Assembly: GCA_035084275.1 (NCBI GenBank)
Contig: CM068744.1
Location: forward strand, 4,774,001-4,838,000
DNA: 64,000 bases
Origin: Hydrolagus colliei
Lineage: Eukaryota
Reading direction: 5' to 3'
The first letter of the stretch is position 1, and each line of letters begins with the position of its first letter. The position numbers were made by a program, and so were the translations under genes. Shown piece by piece: positions 53,541-64,000 of the stretch. The notes below the pieces were generated by a model. It worked only from the letters and a program-made list of their open reading frames with translations, did not search any database and had not been told where the DNA came from.

Positions 53541-54577
53541 TAATGGCCCTCAAAACACAACCTTCTGATCCAGAGATGAGGGCTAACACCTTGGCTCAGG
53601 AGGAGTTGCTTAAATATCAACACCAGCTAAGTTCCCATTGTGCATGTATAACTAAATAATACTCAAGCAACACATCAAAGGAGGCTTCGTTGGTGAGTGA
53701 AAGTACCTTTAATTTGATGCATTCATTTCCCAGTACCATGCAGTGCATTTATCTTATTAATCTTGAAGATATCAGTTTACAGACAGTGCCCGATTATATG
53801 CAAATTACCAAAAAGCAAATAGCTCAAGGATCAAAACGGCAAAATTGCCAGCCACTGTGTTCTCTATTGATCAGATTTTTTTCATTAGGATGTGCTACAA
53901 AAACACAAAGTCAATCCCCACTATGTTCAGCTGATGCAGATGTACCTCAGCAATTCCCTGAGGCTTGCCTGTGGTAAATCCCATTGGTGTGTTAATGAAA
54001 TATTTAACCTTTGTTCAATTTAAACAGTGCACTTGACATGTGTGCAAATCAGTCTTGATTTTATTAAGCAGACTACCACACCAACTTAAACAAACAAAGG
54101 TAGTAATTTTGTTCTGACGTAAGACGTTTTCACCAATTATATAGTAATTAATGTTTTTCAGAATAAACTAAATTGGTGAGACGATAATGGGTCATTATAG
54201 TAAATTGCTGAACAATTGTTTTCTTCATATCCTCACCTTTTCACTGCTGAAGGGAATCAAATAATTTTCCTCCAAAGTGGGCATAACTCTGTGGACACTG
54301 GACTCCCTTTGGCATTTTGCCATTTATTCATAGTTGACCTTTGACAAACAATGAATATTCAAAGGCTTTTTAACCGTATGGAGAATTACAACCAAGCTCA
54401 AATTCAGTCCACATAGCACAAACTCCAGCAGGGGTCTCTAACCAGCCAACAAAGGAAGGAATATTGGCAAATTTTCCCCTCATATGAGCACTGAGGCATA
54501 TTGCGACATTCCAACTAATGCCCTGGCTAATTCAGACCTGGAGTTTAATCAGTAACTTTTAGTCTGTATCATGCAAT

Positions 54578-54900
54578 AATAACAACAAAATTACATTTGT
54601 GTAGCGCCTTTCACGTTGAGAGGACATTCCAAGGTGCTAGACAGTGTTTTAGACCCAGACAAGGGTTGGGATTGGGTGGGAATGTGGAGGGAAGGAGGGT
54701 GACCTAAGGTGCAGTAAGGGGGTGGTGGGGGGACTGCAAGATGGTGGAGGCAGAATGACGAAAGGCCTGCCTACCAAAAGTGGGGCGGGTGAAGCGGGAG
54801 CTCGCTGAGCAGAGGGAGCGGGCAGGTTGGCAGAGGGCTAGGAGGTCAGTGGGAAGAGCAAGGCCATGGATAGCTTTGAAAGTGAGGACCAGGATTTAGT
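54578..54900 (-). mobile_element. L2 3' end
   Basis: ACAACAAAATTACATTTGTGTAGCGCCTTTCAC tail plus ORF2-end remnant. Confidence 0.75.
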
Positions 54901-56825
54901 ACTGGGAGAGCTCATATTATTTTTATTAAAAGTGATAACTTTTACAAACATGTGAGAAACATTCATCAGTCTTCCTTTACCATTCCCTATTTCCTCTCCG
55001 ACTTTCTTTCTATAATATGCAAAATACAGCCAAAGAGGGCATCGGTGAAAGCTAGAATGAGTTAACTCGACTTCCCTGCTTCTGCCAGACACACAGACGC
55101 TCAGATAATGAAAGACCACTTTGGACGTCCTCAGCGCCTTGGGACTTCCACCCGATGTGAAAGGCGCTACACAAATGTAATTTAGTTGTTGGTTGTTCTC
55201 TGTGTGCCTTATGGTACAGGAGCTTCCCTTGATACCAGCGTAACCTCCTTGTCAATGTGTACAGCAAAAACACAAGTGTCGCAACGTCAAGCATTCAGAG
55301 TGGAAACAGACAAAGGGGACTCTGGTGGCTTCTTGTAGCGTTGATGTTTTACAGCAGCCTCAGGGGATCACATGACTAACTTAAGGCTTAAAAAACATTT
55401 GCTGATAAACGGTCCAATGACTGCAGAGTTCACTGAAAGTTTCCAGATACCTCTGGCCATTGGTGTGAATTTGATTGATTTCCTGCAAAGTTGATTATCA
55501 TGAAAATTTTCCGGCACGTTTTGCTCACAGTCACAACTTCAGCGGGAGCCAACAAACCCAAAGGACTGGAAATTCAGCCCCGCTTTTCAATATCTTTTTA
55601 TTGTCAGAGTTGTAGTTGAACCACAAGGATCAGCGCTTTTTTTTCTGGGTAAACAAAATTGCTGGTGATTGGCATAAAGATTACACAATGGCATTTTTGC
55701 TTATTCCCAGACAGCACCATGTATTTTTCCTAAGATATAATGACAATGCTGATCTTACATTGAGTCACAGTGTAACTAACAATGCACACCACATGGCAGA
55801 TATGAAGTCAGGAGTCTCTCTCGTAGGAAGGGAGATAAGAACAACATAAAACCACTCCTTCAATACTAACCTTTAGTGCAAACATACCCTGGGAAGGATC
55901 AGCTCCCAATTTACCAATTGCCAGGTACTCAAGCTGCTCCACATGTAGAAGCAAATTGGCTCAGTATGTTTTCAACTATACAATTAACTCCTGGTCAGAC
56001 TGAGCAATTGTCATGTATTGCACGCATTATCTTACTTTGAGTCGAACATATCTGATTACTGTATATCATTTCAACCTGCAACACATCACGTACACATATA
56101 AATGAAAAAAAAGTACTAAGATGTTTAGATTAGCTTTCTAACCAGTAAGAAGTTGTCTACATACCCTAACCACACTTACGCCTCAAGTTGTTACTGATTA
56201 CATCCTAGTGCCCCAGATACCACATTCAACAGCTACCACCAGCGACAACCAGTCACAGCTGTGACTCACTGTTCACGAACAACAGGTTCCAGTGTCCCGC
56301 AGGAAGTCATTTTCTTAAAGATACATCACCACATTTCTTCTGGGTTAACACAGGCTGGTTTCAAACGTGGAAATGTTTTATAACCTTCACTCTTCAAACA
56401 CAACACCCTGAAATATTTGAGTTGGGGGCAGTGCCATTATTCGCACTCCAGACAAAGACATGAGGGAATCTTTTAGTGTTTTTTTTCGTTTGATAGTCAT
56501 TTTTTTTTCTCTCTCTCTGTCCAACGACTTCCACTCTTTCATAAATACATCATTATTTTTCAAATGCAAGACATTTCCTGGGGCTCGGGGGACAAATAGA
56601 ATCATGCGATCTGACGGTTCATTGGGAAACCAAACATTTATGTTTCTGGTGAGTGATGTACCGAGCAGTTATACACAGAAATGGTGCTGTCCCATTGATG
56701 ACTGGGTTGACAGGGTTGTGGTTACACCCAGGCTAATGATCACTTTGAGCATTTGTTTAAAAAAGAACAACAGTTATGAAGCATAGAGCGGAAAGTCACT
56801 GGAAAGGAAGTTAATTACCATGTTA

Positions 56826-57318
56826 CAGTAGAAGCTGTTTATCCGGCACTTCCGTATAACCTGCACACCAAAAAAAAAGTCCCCATTCGATAAACCAGAA
56901 CTTATCCAGAACAATAGCGGTGGAGCATTTGTAAATGCATAAGTAATAACATAATAACAGAATATTGTATCAGGACTTATTGTTAAAACTATTCTCTTGC
57001 GCTTCTCACCTTTTGCTGGTAGATGCTGCGCTTGAAGCCATGATGCTGCGGTTGAGGTTTATAGTCCAGCGATTCTTTTTAAACTGGAGCACGCCAAGCG
57101 GGTGAAAAAAACGGAGCACGACTTTAAAGCCTTACTGGCGGCAAGCCAATAACGCTAGCCAATAACCCACACTGTCGCGCAGGTGCAGTATTTCAGTTTG
57201 CCGCTAGTAGAGTAGGGCTTCAGCTTGCCGCTACTAGTCGCTCGACTTTAAAATCGCGCTGCCGTTTAACCAGCATTGGCCAGGTCCCGCGGATGCCGGA
57301 TAAACGGGCTTCTTACTG
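56826..57318 (-). mobile_element. Longer pogo/Tigger deletion derivative retaining the transposase start
   Basis: Same TIRs and TA flanks as the MITEs. Minus strand 57041-56975 reads MASSAASTSK, then a 1-nt frameshift, then GEKRKRIVLTIS. Confidence 0.82.
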
Positions 57319-57952
57319 TACTCAGAGGACAGCAAACACATTCAGAATTGACTACAACTATGAATTACCAAACACTATACCAAAAATACTTCAGAAATGG
57401 TAGGTTTAAAAGATGCAAGTTTTTTCCACTGTAAAATCTACAACAATTTAACACAAATACTATCAATTTCTATACTTCCAGCTATTTTTCATTATGTACT
57501 CAAACTCAAACCAAAGGTCCAGGCTACATCAGTATTGGGTATCTCTGACAGCCATACTGTTTATTAGTTTCCAGTAAAGGAACTGGAGAGAAACTGTGGC
57601 ATAGTCTAAGATGACACCCAAGTACAGTACTGAAGGTGCACTGCATTGTTGAAGGTGTTAACCTGCGGATGAGACATTAACCGTAGGTTTGGTCTACATG
57701 TTTAAAAATCCTGAACAGAGAAGAAAAGGGAGTTTCTCCCAGTGTCCTAAACAACAATCCCTGATCAAGTTGCTTTTTAAAATGAGTCCAGGGTTCTTCA
57801 TACCTTTCCTAGCAACATGTTCTAGTCATTAATTTCCCTCTGCATGAAGAAAAACCTCACGGTGACTGTCCTAAAATTGCCTTTTACAACTCTAAACCTT
57901 TGTCCTCTTGTTCTACAATCTTGTTGCTTCCAAAATAAATTAATCTAAATAT

Positions 57953-58335
57953 ACAACAACAAAATTACACGTGTATAGTACCCTTCACGTCAGGAGGATG
58001 CCCAAAGGCCCTGGACACTCACTGTTTCAGAACCAGGCTGGGGGTCGGGATTGGAGATGGTGAAGGGATGGGGAGGAAACAGAAGGCATGATCGAAGAGG
58101 AGGGTTTTGAGATGCGTCTTGTCGGAAACAAGGTGGTGGGACTGGGGGCTAGAGTTCTGGCCGTGGCAGAAGGCCCGCCCACCAATGGTGTGGTGGATCG
58201 GACGGGGAACGTGAAGCAGGTCGGAGCCCGCTGAGTGGAGGGAGCAGACAGGTTGGTAGGGGGTTAGGAGGTTGTAGAGATAAGGGGAAGCAAAGCCATG
58301 TAGGGCTTTGAAGGTACGGGCCAGGATCTTGAACT
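57953..58335 (-). mobile_element. L2 3' end
   Basis: KFKILARTFKALHGFASPYL...TIGGRAF...HLKTLLF plus (TTG)n tail. Confidence 0.88.
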
Positions 58336-58907
58336 TTTTCAATCCCATTTAAAATTTTATACACCTCTTCGAGATCCCCGTGACTTGTCTTCCATCAATA
58401 CTGAAGAGCCCTGGTTTGTCTCATCCCATTCTCTGGGTTTGGGCGAGTCTGGTTTGTACTCCCAGGAAGGAATGTGCGTTCTATAACTTTGTGGGTTTCT
58501 CAGATTGGAAATTGTGAAGTATGGCAAATAATTTATTGTTGAATAGCGATGCTTAGCCGTCCAAACAAATTTAAAAAATCATATTATGCAGGAATGTCAC
58601 ATTTAGATTTAATATTATTGGGCAATTTCAGGCAGAGGAAAAGATCCAAATGGTTGCTGGCAAAAACATGGTTGCTTCTGGCCAATTTCTGGTCCCATCT
58701 GCACCAGCAGCTGAAGCATCTCTCATGAGATCCACCCAGAGTTGTTCTCTATCATGGAGAAATTGGAAACTGTGCTAAACATTTCAATTGCTCTGAAACA
58801 GAACCCTTTGTGAAGCGTGCTAAATAAAATAATTATTTTAAATAATTATATATTATTATATTGTGCTCAGCTAACACAAGCCTGCTGCCTGTCCCGTCCC
58901 TCAACTC

Positions 58908-58965
58908 CCACCCACCCACCCACCCAGCCAGCCACCCACCCAGCCAGCCACCCATCCATCCATCA
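58908..58965. repeat. (CCAC/CCAG/CCAT)n tetranucleotide repeat
   Basis: Direct reading. Confidence 0.85.
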
Positions 58966-60409
58966 TTAAATTCCTTAAAAAAGCGATTGCATTAAATCTT
59001 TTTTGACTGTGGCTATGATCACCTTCCCCTCCCCTTTTCCATTGCTTGGGAGTTACTGTGAAATTGTGATTTGCTCTGAGACAATATCCTACATGAAGGG
59101 TGCTATAGAAATGTAAGTTCTTATTGTTGTATAAAGTCTTTTAAGTTCCAACAAGTTGCAAGATGGCTAATCATTTTTATACATGTATTTTTATAACTAT
59201 ACATCTTGAAATGTAACAAAGCACTTCACAAGGAACGACTGGCAACTGTGCTGACTTTTTTTTACGCAAGCAAACAACCATGAGGTGAATGATCAAGTAA
59301 TAGAGGTCGTTGGCAGGGAACCAGGAGAAACTACTTCTTTTTTTGAATAGCACTGTGGAATTTTGAACAGGTCGACAAGACCTTGATGTAACAATATAAT
59401 ATCCAGAGGATAGCACTGCCTTGCGTGTTAGCCTAGGCCAGGAACACAAATCCTAGAGTGCCGCACTGTCAACCTCCAAGATATTTAGCTACTATCAGGA
59501 TTTGCTACTATATTTTCAAGCCCTTTTGTCAATATCTCAAACCAGACCCAGTAAATCACAGGTCACAAGAAGACTGTAGGAATAACACTTGACTACTTTC
59601 TAAAAATCCTTAACAAAAACAGGAGACAGTCAAACATTAATTTACTTTACCAAATCTGCTGAGGTACTTTGAAGAGTCTGCTCTTTAACATACCTTCTTC
59701 TTTTGAAGGCACTTTTCACTCGTTACTGCCTCTTGACTGCTGTAAAAGGGCTTAAACCTAGTTTATACGCACCAGATGAATGCCTTTAAGGTCTAGAATA
59801 AGGTCCGCAAATAACAAGTGGTTTCACTCTCCGATCCCAGTGAATCACCGCTCCGCATCAGGAATTACTGAGACTAAAGACAAGAGAGAGTGCGAGGACC
59901 GGGAAACTCGAGTGCATGGGTCACAAAGCACATCACTAAGGGAACGCAAGAAAAACTAAGCACTGCAAACAAGCACTACCCCTTGCTGACTTGGAAAGAC
60001 TTGATGCTGTCACTGGATATTAGATGGAAAACGCTTCAATTTCCCAGCACCATCATTCCTTATTTTGGTGACATGTCACAGGCTGATCGGTGACTAAATA
60101 AATTCCCAAGCTCGTCATGTTGCTCATAAACAATTATGAACAATGTTAAGACCCCCGCACAGGCACCACACTCAATGAGCAGAGAGATGCCTGGAATGTA
60201 CAACTTCGACCAAAGCAAGTTACGTTTCCACGGCAATACTCCTCCAAGTCCAACACTTGAAAATAAATGTTAAAATATTCCGTTGATGCCAGGGGGGGGG
60301 GGAAGAGGGGGAATTACTTATTTGGGGGGATGGGAACGAGAAGAGATTGGTTTTCAAAATAATAGCTTCTAATCATTTCAAGAAGCTGAAGCATTGTTCA
60401 GATGTGAAT

Positions 60410-60665
60410 TCGATTCTAGGCAGGTCAGGGTGAAACCTTGGGCAGGTTTCCTTACTCCATATGCCTGACAATAATCCTTCAAGAAAAAACAATAATAACT
60501 TGGTCACTTCAATCCACGACTGTTTGTGGGACACTGCCGTGTGCAATTGGCTGCCACGTTTCACAAATATACAGTCAATTCACTTTACAGTATATTCTGT
60601 GAAGTGCTTTCAGACATCTAAAAGATGTGAATAGCGTTATATCAAATGCAAGGATTATTATTAAT
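60410..60665 (+). mobile_element. SINE with truncated head
   Basis: Runs from the B box through the core to the tail. Confidence 0.88.
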
Positions 60666-60736
60666 ATCCTAATTTATAACTGACTTTTCCTCTCAAGCTT
60701 CTTGGATCGAATCCCTTCCCTCGACTCCCCTAACTG

Positions 60737-61079
60737 TGGAGCAATGTAGCTCAGTGGGTTAGAGCACTTGCCTTAGAAGCATGAGAACTGTGTTCAAATC
60801 CAAGCAGGTCAGGGGGAAACCTTGGGCAAGTTTCCTTACTCTACACACACACACTCACACACACACATGCCTAATAATAATCCTTCAAAAAAAAACACAA
60901 TAATAAAATTGGTAATTTCAATCGACTGTGTGTGGGACACTGCTGTGCGCAATTGGCTGCCACGTTTCGCCCACAAATATACAGTCAATTCACTTTGCAG
61001 TATATTCTGTGAAGCGCTTTGAGACGTCGATAAGATGTGAAAAGCGCTATATCAAATGCAAGGATTATTATTATTATTA
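60737..61079 (+). mobile_element. Full-length SINE with internal (CA)n expansion
   Basis: tRNA head, CA run at about 60843-60867, core, (ATT)n tail. Confidence 0.92.
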
Positions 61080-62409
61080 ACTTGCTGCAATTGCTGGGAT
61101 AAAGAAAAGCAGGTCTCGGGACCCCGCTTTCAGTACAGAGGTAAATGTCACTTGGCGCCTTTATGGTATTGCAACATATAGGGAGAGAATCAGATAATAT
61201 CCTGCCAATATGCATGCAGCAATGTACCATTGTTTGTGCAACATAGCTGTGTGCACATTAGCCGCTGCCTTTGACTACAAAATATAGTCACCCCACCTTA
61301 CAGTATATTGTGAAAATGAAATGAAATGTGTCAAAAGGCAGGAATATTACAGGATACGTGGAATCAGCAGGAGAGTGGGATTCAATCAGGAGATTCACAC
61401 GGGAAAAAACAACAGCACAAGCGTGATGAACACAGTAAAGTTTAGAATAATACTTTCCTTGGAACTCCAGAAGGGATACTTTACTTAATTTTTTTTGTTG
61501 TCAAATATTTAGTCAGTTGCAGAAATTAGAAAATGAAGCTGGTTTCATTTGAAACCGATAACATACCAGTCCGATCTTGTCTGGATAACATTCATGGGCC
61601 CATAGTTCAGGAAACTAAGTTAATCATTAAAATTGCAGTGTTGCTCATGTTAGCTATTGCAATATTGACAGCACTATTTTGCAGACTAGGATCTGCATGA
61701 AATGTATGTGCAAAACTCAACTCTATCCATATCAACACTTATTCATTCGTTTCAGTCAATTACAAATTTTCTTCAGTTATTTAATGAATCAATACACCTG
61801 AAAATACCAATTGCTGACTGTCTGGCCAGGATAATGTTTGATTGCACAGATACATTGTCATGCTACAAAACGGGTCTAGAGACAATTTAAAGTTTTCAAT
61901 TTCTGTTTTCTATTTCAAGCTGTTTTAAGCCAGTGTTAACAAGACTTCTTGGTAGCTACCAATCCTGCTCTACCACAAGGTATACAGTACATTGTGTTAT
62001 CATTTTGGTCCGAGTTCACATTTCCACTGAAGTGATGGGCTTTGAGATGGGTCCGTATTTCTGCTCTAAGAAAGAATCTGCTAAGGCAAGCTGGTGACAC
62101 AGAAGACACTGGGCGATAAGAAGTCACAATACATCACTGTCAGCAGACCAAATTACCTGCCCAGAATGGGTCAGTGATAAGTGGAAGGTAGGGAAAAGGT
62201 CTAACGTTTGTCCCATTAATAAATCAGTGGTTTAGTGATCTGAGCCATGCTAAATTGTACTGCCGTTCTAGCTTCACATAAGTTAATGTCAACAACAACT
62301 TGCAAATACATAGTGCCTTTCAGGTAGAATGAACACCTTGATTAGGTTTACAGTGATGATGGGCATCACTGAGCAAGGAGGAAGGGAATTTGTGAGGTTT
62401 TTTTTCACA

Positions 62410-62850
62410 ATCATTATTAACATTTATATAACGACTTTCACATTGAGAGGATGCCTTGAATTGGTTCACAAAGCCGACTGGCGCCTGAACTCGGATGCGA
62501 ACTGAGGGCAGGGGGAGAAAAAGTTGCTGAAAGTGCAGTTAAAAAAGTAGGTCTTAAGGTGGGTTTTGGAGGTGAGGCGGGAGCAAGGTAGAGGCTCCAT
62601 GAAGGGCTAAAGTGGGGCCTGCAAGATCAATTTCTTAAGAGTTTTGAAAGTAGGAAGAGAATTCCAGAGAGCGACATCGTAGCTCAAGGCTCCATCACCA
62701 ACGATGGGGTGAAAGGAGTGAGGAACAATCTGGAGACCAGAGTCAGAGGAACGAAGGCTGCAGGCAGCAGAATATGAATGCAGGAGATGACAGATAAGGG
62801 GGTGGCAACGTGGAGAAGGGAATCTGAAGATCAGTGTGAGGATCTAAAGT
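62410..62850 (-). mobile_element. Old L2 3' fragment
   Basis: Decayed tail and purine-rich ORF2-end pattern like the other L2 copies. Confidence 0.55.
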
Positions 62851-63604
62851 CATTAGGACTCAGTAGATTCCCAATAGCTGGCAAATCCCAGCATCCATGA
62901 ATACTACCTGACCTGCTTTGCGTTCCTTGTGACATTCTGTGTTTATATGGGAATCAGTAGAACCTCATGAGGATGGAATTTATGGACGGATGCAACCTGT
63001 TACAGGAGAAGCTGCTCGCTGCAAAGGTTTGCATGAGTGGAGAACATGAGCAGGAGGATAGAGTGGAGAAGATTGCAGAGATTGGGTGGGAGAAGATCGT
63101 AAAGTGACAGGAGGTCAGAATGATTAATAACAGTGATGAAGGCACCCTCTGGGTGTCCACTTGTATTTTGCTATGGGGGACAACAGATGAAATGTAGAGC
63201 TCTGCTCTTCCTACTCCACCATGTAAAAATTTGAATGCCTTTGCTTTACGCCTTTGTCTGTTCGGATTGAGAGTTCTGAAATTGCAACATCAAGTCCCTT
63301 TTGAGCATCAGAGAGAAATACCTTCAAGTCCACCGCATGGTTGCGGTTGGACTTAGCCACATCAGAAAGTGGTAGGACATCACTATGGTAATGTCAACAG
63401 AGTTACCTAATCTAGAAATCCAGAGCCGATTCTCATTGTGTATATCGAGACTGAATCAGGCAGGTTATAATTGAGTGTTAATTGAGGTTATCAATCTGAG
63501 TGAAGGACTCTGAGCCAGTTCACTCATTCCAAGAGATATGGCTAACTAAACAAGGTTTAACGTCATATTTCAAGTTTTTCATTTGCATTTCCAGTTCCAC
63601 CTAC

Positions 63605-63716
63605 TTTTCTTCCTTTCCTTTCTCTCGATGCTCTCTGTGCTCTGCGAGTCTGATTGGCTGTCGCTGCTGTCATCCCACATCTTGGATAGATCCTTCATTC
63701 CATCTGGGACATCCTT
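63605..63716 (-). CDS. ASXL2: ASXL2 exon following the HARE-HTH domain (donor position uncertain)
   Basis: cctcag|AAG GAT GTC CCA. Encodes KDVPDGMKDLSKMWDDSSDSQSDSQSTESIERKERKK(SRW), resembling ASXL2 KDVPDG...SSD.QSDSQS...KKSRW. The frame-preserving GT donor A|gtaggt at 63605 is used here. Confidence 0.75.
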
Positions 63717-64000
63717 CTGAGGAACCAAAGGGAGAAGCTATGTTACTGCAGTCCGTAGCTCTGCCTTTGCAATTTGTTTTTCCCGTGAGAAAAATCAGCA
63801 GTGAACGAAAGAGTGGGATGCGATAGTAAGAAACACTTACTGTTGGCTGATTTTTATTAAAGATAAAGTTTCTTTCCAATTCCAGTGCATGGCAAGTGGG
63901 ATTTTGTCAAAACACAAACAATAAGACCATTGTTTCTGTCTTATAGAATGCTGGGCTAGCTCATGATTGATAGAATAATCAAAACTATCTTTCTCTTGTA

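Overview
Vertebrate genomic DNA. The repeat content (Deu-type tRNA-SINEs with (TTA)n tails, L2 and CR1 LINEs) points to a cartilaginous fish, probably a chimaera; this is inference. The window holds most of one gene, ASXL2 (Polycomb/BAP1 PR-DUB partner), on the minus strand. Nine coding exons run from about 63.7 kb down to the stop at 4080 and splice in a consistent frame (about 1390 aa in the window). The N-terminal HARE-HTH exons lie beyond the right edge. A 3' UTR of about 2.75 kb ends near 1.3 kb. The introns are full of SINEs, L2/CR1 fragments, a Tigger/pogo MITE family and one young hAT element. The best hidden signal is a +1-frame overlapping ORF at the start of the last exon. It begins at an AG_GUC_UCU slippery site and contains an EHNY HCF-1-binding motif, matching the predicted ASXL 'TF' ribosomal-frameshift product. 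Other notable items are a candidate internal promoter/first exon near 49 kb, an anomalous splice donor on the most 5' exon, and a MITE copy that retains a Jerky-like transposase N-terminus. Exon boundaries were read at GT/AG sites; LINE/SINE boundaries are approximate.
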